Of a DNA stretch of 64,000 nucleotides, positions 20,187-29,512 are shown piece after piece. A program made the position numbers and the translations under genes. Each line of letters starts with the position of its first letter. The stretch's first letter is position 1. Source of the DNA: Alphaproteobacteria bacterium (GTDB taxonomy: Bacteria; Pseudomonadota; Alphaproteobacteria; Rs-D84). The notes beneath the pieces were generated by a model, which searched no databases, had not been told where the DNA came from, and worked only from the letters and a program-made list of their open reading frames with translations. The stretch spans positions 21,760 through 85,759 of the forward strand of contig JAWPOF010000007.1 of the NCBI GenBank assembly GCA_033345275.1. Direction: 5' to 3'.

Positions 20187-20411
20187 ATGGGCGCAATTGA
20201 AAAGCTGGCACAGGCTCATGGGTTAACCTGCTCAGGCTTAGCAAGGCTCAGTGGCTTGGATGCCAGTACCTTTAACAAAAGCAAGCAGTTTTCACCGGAC
20301 GGTACACCGCGTTGGCCATCATGTTGTACGATTGCAAAAATTATACGCGCAACAAACACTACATTAGTAGAATTTGCCCAATTATGCATGTCGGGGCAGG
20401 GGGAAGAATAA
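20187..20411 (+). CDS. XRE-family helix-turn-helix DNA-binding protein (74 aa)
   Basis: HTH_3-like segment GLTCSGLARLSGLDASTFNKSK. Small size typical of Cro/CI-type regulators. Confidence 0.55.
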   Translation: MGAIEKLAQAHGLTCSGLARLSGLDASTFNKSKQFSPDGTPRWPSCCTIAKIIRATNTTLVEFAQLCMSGQGEE

Positions 20412-20425
20412 ATGAAAAACAAGAA

Positions 20426-21736
20426 TCATTTTATAATATCTCCGGACTTGATATATTCCGCATCTGTTTTTTGCAAATGTTTCTGTGCGCGTTTGGCATA
20501 TATTTTAGCTTCGTCTTTTTTTCCAATCATATTATTGTATTCAGCCATTGCCCATGCTGCGCGCCCTGGGTCGTCGTCGCCATATGCACGCGCTATCACC
20601 CAGTACGTCAGTGGCGCGGGCTCGATTAATATCGCGCGTTTACATAATTCGATTGCGCGCGCCGTATCGCCTGTTTTTTTTCTTTCGCCCAGCACCAGTG
20701 CCAACGCCGTCTGAATCTGGGGGGCTTCCCCCGCTAAAACCAATGATTTTTCATATGCTTCAACACTGTTGTCATAGTGTCCAAATTGATATTCTATATC
20801 CCCCAGCAACTCGTAAAAATACGGATTTTTTGGATGACGTGCTATTAATGTCCCAGTCCCCACACGCGCCCCGTCCAGATTGCCCTGACGCATATTTGCA
20901 ATTGCGCGCGCATAGATGGCAGCATCTGATTTATCTGAACTGGGATATTTTTCACGCACTTGGTTTGGTGTATCCAAATATCCTATCAGCTTTGCCCGCA
21001 CCAGTTCATATTCTGCCCTATTTATTTTGTTCCATTTTTTAGCAGTGTTTATTTGTGCAATCTGTTCTCGTACATTATTCAGTCTTTCTGTGGTCAGTGG
21101 GTGATTTACGCGATTTGGGTTGATTCTGGACTCCATAACCCCTGTCAGTTCTTGCATTTGTTCAAATACTGTGACAAATCCATCAGGGTTCTGATTGGCA
21201 CGCACCATCAAATCCACACCCAGATTATCCGCAATTCGTTCCTCGTCGCGCGTAAATGCCAGCATAGATTGTTGCGCAACCCCAGACGAACCCGCTAAAA
21301 CTCCGGCCCCCAGTGTCGGATTGCCCCCCGCCACCATCAGACCAACGCCCAACGCCTGAATCAACATAGTGCGCTTTATTTCCGCCGCCATGCGGTCGGA
21401 CATCTGGGCCATATGTCCGCCAAGTGTGTGTCCAAATTCATGCGCAATTACGGCCTGTAATGCATTTGGTGTTTTTATTTGTTTTAATAAACCGGTATAA
21501 ACATAAATATCTTCGCCCCCCATAACAAATGCGTTAAAGTCATCATCTTTGACAATATGAATTTTCATCCGATTTTCAGGGATGTTTGCCGCTTGTGCCA
21601 ATGGCATCATCAGTTTGGTTAATACGCGTTCCGTTTCTGTGTCGTTAATCAATGATGCACCCCACACAGGAACAGCGCATAATGTTATCAGCAAAGATAC
21701 AAAAAATTTACGCACCCAGCACCACCCCACGGTCAA
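20426..21736 (-). CDS. bepA: M48-family zinc metalloprotease with C-terminal TPR repeats (BepA/YfgC-like periplasmic protease-chaperone)
   Basis: Signal peptide, HEFGHTLGGH (HExxH) motif, M48 fold, then a TPR-like helical region (AYEKSLVLAGEAPQ..., YAKRAQKHL). Confidence 0.8.
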   Translation of the reverse strand: MTVGWCWVRKFFVSLLITLCAVPVWGASLINDTETERVLTKLMMPLAQAANIPENRMKIHIVKDDDFNAFVMGGEDIYVYTGLLKQIKTPNALQAVIAHEFGHTLGGHMAQMSDRMAAEIKRTMLIQALGVGLMVAGGNPTLGAGVLAGSSGVAQQSMLAFTRDEERIADNLGVDLMVRANQNPDGFVTVFEQMQELTGVMESRINPNRVNHPLTTERLNNVREQIAQINTAKKWNKINRAEYELVRAKLIGYLDTPNQVREKYPSSDKSDAAIYARAIANMRQGNLDGARVGTGTLIARHPKNPYFYELLGDIEYQFGHYDNSVEAYEKSLVLAGEAPQIQTALALVLGERKKTGDTARAIELCKRAILIEPAPLTYWVIARAYGDDDPGRAAWAMAEYNNMIGKKDEAKIYAKRAQKHLQKTDAEYIKSGDIIK

Positions 21737-23762
21737 AGAAATACATTAAATCATGCGCCCACGAATCTATATCGTTATCACGTGCCGCTGTTGATGCCAA
21801 TTTGAACAAATCCCGATGTTCGCGATAGTCAACAAAATAATATCGCATCCAACCGCTTTGTCGCGTGCCCAATAATTCGCCCACGCCACGCATCATCAAA
21901 TCTTGTTCCGCAATAGCAAATCCATCATCTGTTTCACACAGTACATCTAATCGTTTTAATCCATCGTCTGATACGTTTCGTCCAAATACCAGTACACAGT
22001 ACGATTGTGTGTTGCCACGTCCGACGCGCCCACGTAATTGGTGCAACGCCGCCAATCCGAACCGTTCTGCGTTTTCGATTACAATGATAGACGCCTGTGG
22101 CACGTCAATTCCAACCTCGATAACAGTTGTGGCGACCAGTATTGGCATATTGGAATCTGGTGCGGCAAATTCAGCCATAACCGCATCGCGTTCTTTCTTG
22201 TCCATTTTTCCATGAACCAGTCCCGCATTTGGGAAATATTCTGCCAGCATTTTATGCCGTTCTTCGGCAGCGGTCATGGCATTATCGTTTTCTGATTCTT
22301 CAACCAGCGGACAAACCCAGAACACCTTGGCGCCTGCGTTAACTTGCATATCTATGCGTTCTAATAAATCCATAATACGTCCGCATGACAGTTTTGTTGT
22401 TTTAATAGGCTTTCTTCCTGCGGGCTTTTCGTTAATAATTGATACATCCATATCGCCGTAAATCGTCATGGATAATGTACGCGGAATTGGTGTTGCAGAC
22501 AATGCCAGCAAATCGGGGTTATTGCCCTTGTTGCGTAATGCTTCGCGCTGGGCAACGCCAAATCTGTGCTGTTCATCAATTATCACCAGTCCTAAATCTT
22601 TATACTCAACATCCGCCGAGAACAATGCGTGCGTTCCCACAACAACGCGTGTTCGTCCCGAACGCAATGATATTAATTTTTCACGGCGTGCCACGCCTTT
22701 GTCCCGTCCGGTCAGAATATCGCATACAATACCAATTTTATCGCACATTGGTTTTAATTTTGCAAAGTGCTGTTGCGCCAACGTGTCCGTCGGGGCCAGT
22801 ATGGCTGTCTGCGCGCCCATTTCCGCCATGCGTATGGCAGCGGCCAATGCGACAATGGTTTTTCCGCTGCCTACATCCCCCTGAACCAGTCGCATCATAG
22901 GTACATCGCGCATCATGTCGGCAAATATTTCGTCGCAGGTGCGTTTTTGCGCGCCTGTCATTTCAAAAGGTAATGTTGCCCAAAACCGTTCCATTAAATT
23001 ATGTTTTTGCGCCCGCACGCTTCGCTGGTTCCGTACGTCCATTCGATTGCGCCGACTGATAACAATCGCCACCTGGTGCGCCAACAATTCACAATACGCC
23101 AGTTTTGCCATATATATGTTGTTCGGCGCCAAATCAGAATCTGACTTTGGAAAATGCACATGTTCCAGCGCATCAAAGAATTCCAATACCCGTTCATCAC
23201 TTTCGCCGCGCAGTTTATCTGGCAGGGCGGCAAAAATCTGGTCGCGAATATTTGCGAATACTTTCTGGGTTAAACCTTCGCCCGCCGGGTAAATTGCCTG
23301 GGCGGATGGTATTTTTGCTGCGTTTTGTAATTCTTCGATAAAGTCCGGGTGGTTAATTGTCGGTTTGGCTGTCTTTTCCAGTTTGCCCGATACCATACGC
23401 CACGTCCCCACCGGCATTTTATTCAGCCAATAATCCAGATATTTTGCGTTAAAGAATTGAATAATAACCGTATTTCCCAATTTATCGTTGCATGTAATCT
23501 GGGTCGGGCTGCGTCGTCCACGAAATGCGCGCCCCGCCCGATGGGATTTGATTAGCAATGGAATTGTAATTGTGTCTCCGGGATTTGCGTCCATAACATT
23601 TTCGGTTATTCCGCGTGCCCGCACATACGACGGGCGATGGCGCAGAAAATCCAATACTCGTCGTCCCCCCAAAACTTCGTCCAGACGCGCCGCCAACGCG
23701 GGTCCCACCCCGCGAATAAATTGCAGGTCAGTATTTAAAAAATCTATTACCTCGCGCCTCAT
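21708..23762 (-). CDS. recG: ATP-dependent DNA helicase RecG
   Basis: 684 aa. Wedge-domain N-terminus, helicase motifs GDVGSGKT (I), DEQHRFGV (II), SATPIPRT (III), LRGRVGRG (VI). Overlaps bepA by 29 nt. Confidence 0.92.
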   Translation of the reverse strand: MRREVIDFLNTDLQFIRGVGPALAARLDEVLGGRRVLDFLRHRPSYVRARGITENVMDANPGDTITIPLLIKSHRAGRAFRGRRSPTQITCNDKLGNTVIIQFFNAKYLDYWLNKMPVGTWRMVSGKLEKTAKPTINHPDFIEELQNAAKIPSAQAIYPAGEGLTQKVFANIRDQIFAALPDKLRGESDERVLEFFDALEHVHFPKSDSDLAPNNIYMAKLAYCELLAHQVAIVISRRNRMDVRNQRSVRAQKHNLMERFWATLPFEMTGAQKRTCDEIFADMMRDVPMMRLVQGDVGSGKTIVALAAAIRMAEMGAQTAILAPTDTLAQQHFAKLKPMCDKIGIVCDILTGRDKGVARREKLISLRSGRTRVVVGTHALFSADVEYKDLGLVIIDEQHRFGVAQREALRNKGNNPDLLALSATPIPRTLSMTIYGDMDVSIINEKPAGRKPIKTTKLSCGRIMDLLERIDMQVNAGAKVFWVCPLVEESENDNAMTAAEERHKMLAEYFPNAGLVHGKMDKKERDAVMAEFAAPDSNMPILVATTVIEVGIDVPQASIIVIENAERFGLAALHQLRGRVGRGNTQSYCVLVFGRNVSDDGLKRLDVLCETDDGFAIAEQDLMMRGVGELLGTRQSGWMRYYFVDYREHRDLFKLASTAARDNDIDSWAHDLMYFFDRGVVLGA

Positions 23763-23844
23763 CAGATATAAATTTAATGAAAAATGCGCAAATATTCAAT
23801 AACAAAAAGAAAAGTTGAAAACCCACAAAAAACTGCTAGAATCA

Positions 23845-24178
23845 TCCACTGTAAGATGCACAGGGCATGGCTGGCCAGAAATGGTCAGAGGAAAGTCCGG
23901 ACTGCACGGGACAGCGTACCGGCTAATATACCGGGCGGGGCAACCCGACGATCAGAGCAACAGTGACGTAAACGATTAAATTCGAGTGAAACGGGCAATC
24001 TCTGCGCGCAGCAACTTCAAATAGGCCCCCTATATGTGTCCCGCATCGGGGGCGGGTAGAAGGCTTGACATATCGCAGTAATGCAATATGCAGATTAATC
24101 ATGCCCACTACCGTGGGGTGGTATGCGAAACATACTGGCCTGCGGCATGACAGAATCCGGCTTATATGTTCATCTGCA
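23845..24178 (+). ncRNA. rnpB: RNase P RNA (bacterial type A)
   Basis: Universally conserved blocks present: GAGGAAAGTCCGGACTGCACGGGACAGCGTACCGG (P4/CR-I region), later ACAGAATCCGGCTTAT (CR-V / P4 3' strand). Followed by terminator atgcgcccacgggcgcat+T7 at 24181-24206. Ends approximate. Confidence 0.85.
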
Positions 24179-24261
24179 CCATGCGCCCACGGGCGCATGT
24201 TTTTTATCTTGTATATTTGTTTGCTTTTTTATGATAGAATATATCAAAACGGAGAGAGTAC

Positions 24262-25191
24262 ATGAAAATATCTATCATTGGAATTGGTTCTGTTGGTTCA
24301 GCGGTTGCAACCGCGGTTGCAAACACGGGGCTGGCACATGAAATTGTTTTATTTGACCGTGATGGCATTCGCGCCCGCGCCGCCGCCGAAGATTTGGGTC
24401 ATGCCGCCGCATTTTCATATGATATAAAAATAACGGCGGTAAATACATATCGTGCGATTCGTGGGTCTGAAATCGTAATAATTGCCGCCGGCGCAAATCA
24501 GAAGCCGGGTCAAACCCGTACTGATTTATTACATGCGAATGCGGCGGTAATATCAGACATTGTTCCACGTGTTATGGCAAATGTTGATGCAAAAAATGTA
24601 AAATTGATAATTGTCACTAATCCATTGGATGTCATGGTTATGCTGGCCCAGAAAATATCTAAATTGCCTGCGTCGCGTGTTATTGGAACCGGAACAATGC
24701 TGGATTCTGCGCGATTGCGTACGATTTTATCGCGCCAATTGTCCGTGTCAACCCAGTCTATTAATGCATACGTCCTGGGCGAACATGGCGACAGCAGCAT
24801 GATTGTTTGGTCGTCTGCATGTGTGGGCGGTATTGATTTGAATTCATTCTGTCGCCAGACGAAAATCAGTCTGCCCCAGACGACGCGAAAAACCATTGAA
24901 CACCGTGTCCACAATGCCGCATACGAAATCATCCAGGGCCGTGGTGCGACCTGGGACGGTATTGCGGGCGCAGTTGCGGATTTGGTGCGTTGCATAGTGA
25001 ATGACGAACGCAGAATTTTAACCGTGTCCACCGTTGACGGGCCGGGTGATAAAGCGTTGTCTATATCTTTGCCACGTATTGTGGGGCGGGATGGTGTTAT
25101 TGCGACCCTGACCCCCAAAATGGACGGATCAGAATCAACGGCGCTTCGTCGCAGTTCTCGAATAATTCGCAAAAACTTTGACTTGTTATAA
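24262..25191 (+). CDS. L-lactate/malate dehydrogenase-family oxidoreductase (LDH-like)
   Basis: Rossmann GxGxxG (IIGIGSVGSAVA), AGANQKPGQTR substrate loop, VTNPLDVM, catalytic-His region LGEHGDS. Confidence 0.85.
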   Translation: MKISIIGIGSVGSAVATAVANTGLAHEIVLFDRDGIRARAAAEDLGHAAAFSYDIKITAVNTYRAIRGSEIVIIAAGANQKPGQTRTDLLHANAAVISDIVPRVMANVDAKNVKLIIVTNPLDVMVMLAQKISKLPASRVIGTGTMLDSARLRTILSRQLSVSTQSINAYVLGEHGDSSMIVWSSACVGGIDLNSFCRQTKISLPQTTRKTIEHRVHNAAYEIIQGRGATWDGIAGAVADLVRCIVNDERRILTVSTVDGPGDKALSISLPRIVGRDGVIATLTPKMDGSESTALRRSSRIIRKNFDLL

Positions 25192-25267
25192 CAGCATCCC
25201 GCAATGCGGGATTTTTTTTGAATACAGTCCGATACAAAAAACGCCTTGGCTGTGTTATATTAAAAAC

Positions 25268-25567
25268 ATGTCAGATGTTGTTCAATATTTTATGTCAGAA
25301 ACTCGCAATGGATTTGATGCGATTGTATCTGGGCGCAAGATTGGCGAGATTACATTCGTTCGTATTGGTGCGGACAAATTAATTATTGATTACACTGGCG
25401 TTGCCCCCGAATATCGCAATCGTCACATTGGTTTATCCTTGGTTCGTAATGTTGCCAGCATGGCGCGCACACAGCATCGTCGTGTGATAACCCTGTGTCC
25501 ATTTGCCCAGGCCATGTTCAATCGTTTTCCTGAATTTGATGATATTCGTTTAGTAAATGCGCACTAA
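25268..25567 (+). CDS. Small GNAT-like acetyltransferase-fold protein (Acetyltransf_CG-type)
   Basis: About 100 aa with RNRHIGLSLVRNVASMARTQ (acetyl-CoA binding R/Q-x-x-G-x-G/A-like). Start taken at MSDVVQYF rather than the track's upstream start that overlaps ldh. Confidence 0.5.
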   Translation: MSDVVQYFMSETRNGFDAIVSGRKIGEITFVRIGADKLIIDYTGVAPEYRNRHIGLSLVRNVASMARTQHRRVITLCPFAQAMFNRFPEFDDIRLVNAH

Positions 25568-25632
25568 AAATGAGTTGCGTCCATTAGCATTTTTTTTCTA
25601 GACTATGTTGTATATATATTCGGGGGAAAGTT

Positions 25633-27015
25633 ATGCATAAACTATCACGTGCTACGTCGGTGTTTTTAATCTTTTTAAATGGTTATGTCAGTTTATCTTT
25701 GGAATTGGTTGTTCTGCGACAACTGTCTTTTTATGTTGGGTCCAGTGCCGTTATAACCAGTATTATTATGGCTATATTTTTAGGTTTTATGTCATTTGGG
25801 TATTTTATTGGCGAGACTCAAAAGATAAACAATGAAAAAATTCGCAAAGTTTTACACGCCAGTTTTCTGATAATCGCGATTTTATCTGTTTGCGCGGCCA
25901 GTTTCCCGCTTATCACAAATTATTTTGAACTAATGTACGCATGTGGTATTCAGTCAGGGGTTGTCCAGACATTTGTTTATTCTATGATGTTTTTGTCTGT
26001 GGGGCCATTTTTGTTTGGGCTTAACACGACTTTGCTGTCGCGCCAGTTGCGCGCATACAACAAAAATTGCATGGGTAACATTATGGCGTGGGATACAATA
26101 GGGTCGGTTTTTGGTTCAATTGCCACAACATTGTTATTAATGCCATTCATAGGTGTTAATTATACAGTTATTTTGGTTACATTATTATCAGCTGTGGGCG
26201 CTTTGATGTTATGTCGTCGGTGGCATGCGTGGCTTGTATGTTCGGTTGTGTTATGTGGCTCTTTGTATATCAACAGCAATATGTATCAACGTAAATGGCA
26301 TGGTATATTGGTTAACAATGCAAATTCTACCATCTCTGTATATAAATTAGGTGATGAAACACATGTACTGTACATGAACGGTTTACCTATGTCGTTATAT
26401 AACAAGAACGGTTATATGGCGGGATACATAGACTATCTGAATACAAACTTCATATATAATATGCCATCAGACAAGATATACAAAATTTTAGTTCTGGGGG
26501 CAGGGGGCTTTACACTAGGACTGAATGATACGCGCAATGATTATACTTTTGTTGATATAGAACACACGTTAAAAGACGTGTCGGAAAAACACTTTCTGAA
26601 TCAAAAGTTGTCGCCCAATAAAAAATTCATAGTCGCCGACGCCAGCCAGTTTTTAAAGAACACCACGGAACAATATGACTTTATATTGCTGGACGTTTAT
26701 TCAAATTCGTATCAGGTCCCAGAATCCTTAATTACGGCGGAATTTATGGAACGATTAAAATCGCGTATTGCGCCAAATGGCACAGTTGCGATGAATATGA
26801 TTGTATCACCTGAATATGATGACAAATATTCGCGTGTATTTGATAACACTTTCCACACGATTTTTCCACACAATACCACGCGCCAGGTAATTGGGTATTT
26901 TAACCCCTGGACTGAAATAGACGGTCCAGCAAACGTGTTATACATATATCATAACATTGAAAATGACGGGCGTATTTATACAATAAACAAAACCCCCGTC
27001 ATATATGACAGATAA
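25633..27015 (+). CDS. Membrane protein with C-terminal spermidine-synthase-like (aminopropyl/methyltransferase) domain
   Basis: N-terminal ~7 TM helices, then a Rossmann-like ILVLGAGGFTLG ... DFILLDVYSN ... NGTVAMNM pattern typical of the fused membrane/SpeE-like family. Confidence 0.6.
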   Translation: MHKLSRATSVFLIFLNGYVSLSLELVVLRQLSFYVGSSAVITSIIMAIFLGFMSFGYFIGETQKINNEKIRKVLHASFLIIAILSVCAASFPLITNYFELMYACGIQSGVVQTFVYSMMFLSVGPFLFGLNTTLLSRQLRAYNKNCMGNIMAWDTIGSVFGSIATTLLLMPFIGVNYTVILVTLLSAVGALMLCRRWHAWLVCSVVLCGSLYINSNMYQRKWHGILVNNANSTISVYKLGDETHVLYMNGLPMSLYNKNGYMAGYIDYLNTNFIYNMPSDKIYKILVLGAGGFTLGLNDTRNDYTFVDIEHTLKDVSEKHFLNQKLSPNKKFIVADASQFLKNTTEQYDFILLDVYSNSYQVPESLITAEFMERLKSRIAPNGTVAMNMIVSPEYDDKYSRVFDNTFHTIFPHNTTRQVIGYFNPWTEIDGPANVLYIYHNIENDGRIYTINKTPVIYDR

Positions 27016-27041
27016 AAAACCGGGATTATCCCCGGTTTTTT
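27014..27041. terminator. Bidirectional rho-independent terminator (aaaaaccgggattatccccggtttttt)
   Basis: Perfect hairpin with flanking A- and T-runs between convergent genes. Confidence 0.8.
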
Positions 27042-27042
27042 A

Positions 27043-28131
27043 TTATGCAGCATTCTGTTTGAATTGCCCAATTTGCCACATCTGTATTTGTTGTTGGAAT
27101 TTCAACTGCAATTGTGCACGTTGTTCCGCGCGGATTTCCAGACGCTGTTGCGCGACCTGAAATTCCTTGACCTTTTCTTCGCTTTTAACAATATTCTGCT
27201 GTTTAACATTGTCGCGAACCGCGGGCAGGGCGCCTGATTGCTTGACCGGTGCCGCGACCGCCTTGGGCATATGATGAACGATTGGTTTTTGTTTCTGTGC
27301 AACCACGGGCTTGACCGCGGGGTGTTCTTGCTTTTTCTCGATTGGCTTTGCCACGGCGGGCTTTGCAACCACCGTCGGCACTTCGACCGGTTTATCGGCA
27401 ATCGCGGTATTTGGGCGTTTTACCGCGTCGCGCACCATCGCAAACGCGCCCGATTGCTGTGCCGGCTGTGCAACCGATTTTACAGAATTTTGTGCCACTT
27501 GTTGTGGCGCCTGTGGCAATGCGTGCATTGGTGCCTGGGCTGGTGCTGACCCCGGTTGATGTGTGGGTTGTGCCTGTTCTGGGGTGTTTTGCGCCATCGC
27601 CATCACGGGTTGTGATTGCGTCTGTGCCATCGCCTGTGGCATCGCAGATGTATGCATTTGCGCTTTTTCCTTTGATTGCGTGGCAACCAGTTCTTCGACC
27701 CGTTCATTATATCGCGCCAGTATCAGATTAATCTTGTCCATGCTTTCGCGAATCATGCGTTCGCCATGTGCGCGTAATTTTTTGATTTCTTGGTCATCCG
27801 GGTTAATTACATTATCGCGCGCGCCATGCGTCATAATAACGCGAGACCAGTATTTTTTATGCGCATCACATACATTTTTCAAATATTTTGCCGCGGGGTT
27901 CTTTTTATTTTTAGTATCACAAAACGCGCCACATTGTGCCAATGCGGTCTGCCATGCCCGCCCCAGTGAATGTTTATTAGTCCAATTTCGCCATGCGAAC
28001 CCTGTGAACATTTGTAGATACGCCGCCGCTAATTCTTTGCGGTCAAATGGCGATACGATTTTTGCGATTTGTGGGTCAACGTGGATAATAAACTTTTCTT
28101 GGTTTTCAGCGATATTTTGTTGTGTATTCAT
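27043..28131 (-). CDS. Hypothetical protein with long Ala/Pro/Gln-rich low-complexity central region
   Basis: 362 aa. N-terminal ~150 aa globular (FTGFAWRNW..., CGAFCDTKNKK). Centre is a QAPMHALPQAPQQVAQ / AKPAVAKPIEKK-type repeat. C-terminal coiled coil. Confidence 0.35.
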   Translation of the reverse strand: MNTQQNIAENQEKFIIHVDPQIAKIVSPFDRKELAAAYLQMFTGFAWRNWTNKHSLGRAWQTALAQCGAFCDTKNKKNPAAKYLKNVCDAHKKYWSRVIMTHGARDNVINPDDQEIKKLRAHGERMIRESMDKINLILARYNERVEELVATQSKEKAQMHTSAMPQAMAQTQSQPVMAMAQNTPEQAQPTHQPGSAPAQAPMHALPQAPQQVAQNSVKSVAQPAQQSGAFAMVRDAVKRPNTAIADKPVEVPTVVAKPAVAKPIEKKQEHPAVKPVVAQKQKPIVHHMPKAVAAPVKQSGALPAVRDNVKQQNIVKSEEKVKEFQVAQQRLEIRAEQRAQLQLKFQQQIQMWQIGQFKQNAA

Positions 28132-28289
28132 GATAGAACCTCTTGATTAAAGTACTGCGGTTCCCCCACAGCAATTTTATATAGGTCGCCCGTCATAACT
28201 TTTCAAGCCCCCCATGTCAAGAAAATTTATTTTTTGACAAAGTTCCTATATTGCGCAAAAATAAGTTCGTTCATATCGCAAAAACATAC

Positions 28290-28350
28290 TGTTGCCAATA
28301 ATGGGCGGTGTGGATATGAACCCACATCTTGCCAATAATGGGGGTGTGGC
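28290..28350 (+). promoter_or_regulatory. Two ~21-bp direct repeats (TTGCCAATAATGGGCGGTGTGG / TTGCCAATAATGGGGGTGTGG) ~40 bp apart in the OMP promoter region
   Basis: Seen directly, 30-90 bp upstream of the 28380 start codon. Candidate transcription-factor binding sites. Confidence 0.45.
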
Positions 28351-28379
28351 ATTTCATCGAAAACTAAGGAGTTAAACAG

Positions 28380-29414
28380 ATGAAAAAAACTATCAGTGCA
28401 GCAGTTGCATTGTCGATATTCGCGGCACCTGCGATTGCGGCCAACCTGGAACACCCATTGTATATGCCATACAAGGGCGCGGTGTATTCCAAAACATCTG
28501 CGGGTGTTATGTACAAAATCGCAGATGATTCAGACGCACATGTTAAAAAGAATCATGATGGCGCAACAGAATTTCCAATCTGGCGTGTTCACGAAGAATT
28601 GGGATACGGTATCTTGGACAACCTGGAAGCGTACGCGAAATTCGGTTATACCCACGACGGCGACATTGATCGCAAGGGTATGCACCTGGGGCGTGCGGGT
28701 TTGAAATACCGTGCAATTAACACATATTCTGGTTGGGTATGGGATTTGTATGCAGACGCGCAATTGGGCGGAATCAGTGAAATGTCTGGTTCATTTGCGG
28801 CAAATGGTTTCACATACGATAACTATTCAAATGGTCGCTGGGGATTCCACGTTGGGACCCAGGTGGGCAAGGTGTGGAATAAATTCAGCACTGCTGGATT
28901 CATAGAAGTCCTGCGCACATTCGGCAATGACAACAACAGCATTGAACTGATTGCTATTGACACAGAAAGCCCATTGGGCATCCTAGGGCGTACTCAGTTG
29001 ACTGACTTGGGTTTCCCAGATGAAATCTCGGTTGACTTGAAATCTACAACCGAAGTTAATGCCGGTTTGAAAATGTTCTATCAATTGGATAATCGTTGGT
29101 CATTCGGTGGTGGTTTAACATATAAACACCATGCAGACAATGGCGTAGAAGGTTTAGCATCAGAATTAAAAACATTGCCTTCACCATATGCCGAGCAACA
29201 GGCGATGTTAGTAAACGGTTTATTAGACAAAGTTGCCGACATGAACGACGGGTTTGATGAATATATCATTAACCTGACTGCGGCATATCAGTTGACCGAT
29301 ATGATCCAGGGTGTCATCTATGGCGAGTACACATTCGATACGGCGCATGAACAATCCCAGAATGGCACAGATGTCAAGGCTGAAGCGGGTGTTCGCTTGA
29401 ATGTTCAGTTCTAA
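28380..29414 (+). CDS. Outer-membrane beta-barrel protein (porin-like surface protein), paralog A
   Basis: Signal peptide MKKTISAAVALSIFAAPAIA, shared paralog motif E.PLYMP..G..YSKTS.G, alternating beta-strand pattern, C-terminal RLNVQF (aromatic terminal residue). Confidence 0.65.
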   Translation: MKKTISAAVALSIFAAPAIAANLEHPLYMPYKGAVYSKTSAGVMYKIADDSDAHVKKNHDGATEFPIWRVHEELGYGILDNLEAYAKFGYTHDGDIDRKGMHLGRAGLKYRAINTYSGWVWDLYADAQLGGISEMSGSFAANGFTYDNYSNGRWGFHVGTQVGKVWNKFSTAGFIEVLRTFGNDNNSIELIAIDTESPLGILGRTQLTDLGFPDEISVDLKSTTEVNAGLKMFYQLDNRWSFGGGLTYKHHADNGVEGLASELKTLPSPYAEQQAMLVNGLLDKVADMNDGFDEYIINLTAAYQLTDMIQGVIYGEYTFDTAHEQSQNGTDVKAEAGVRLNVQF

Positions 29415-29460
29415 TTAAACGGAACTAAAAAACAAAAAATAAAACTAACATATATTGGAC

Positions 29461-29488
29461 AAAATCCCGCCATCCAGCGGGATTTTTA
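29461..29488. terminator. Bidirectional terminator between convergent OMP paralogs (aaaatcccgccatccagcgggatttt)
   Basis: Hairpin plus flanking A/T runs. Confidence 0.75.
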
Positions 29489-29512
29489 TTTAATATATTT
29501 GGTAAATTTTTG

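Noticed and set aside
20187-21736. XRE-HTH plus metallopeptidase regulatory pair (ImmA/IrrE-like)
   Set aside because: The peptidase is an M48 enzyme with a signal peptide and TPR domain (BepA-type periplasmic housekeeping protease), not an M78 ImmA. The genes are convergent, not an operon.
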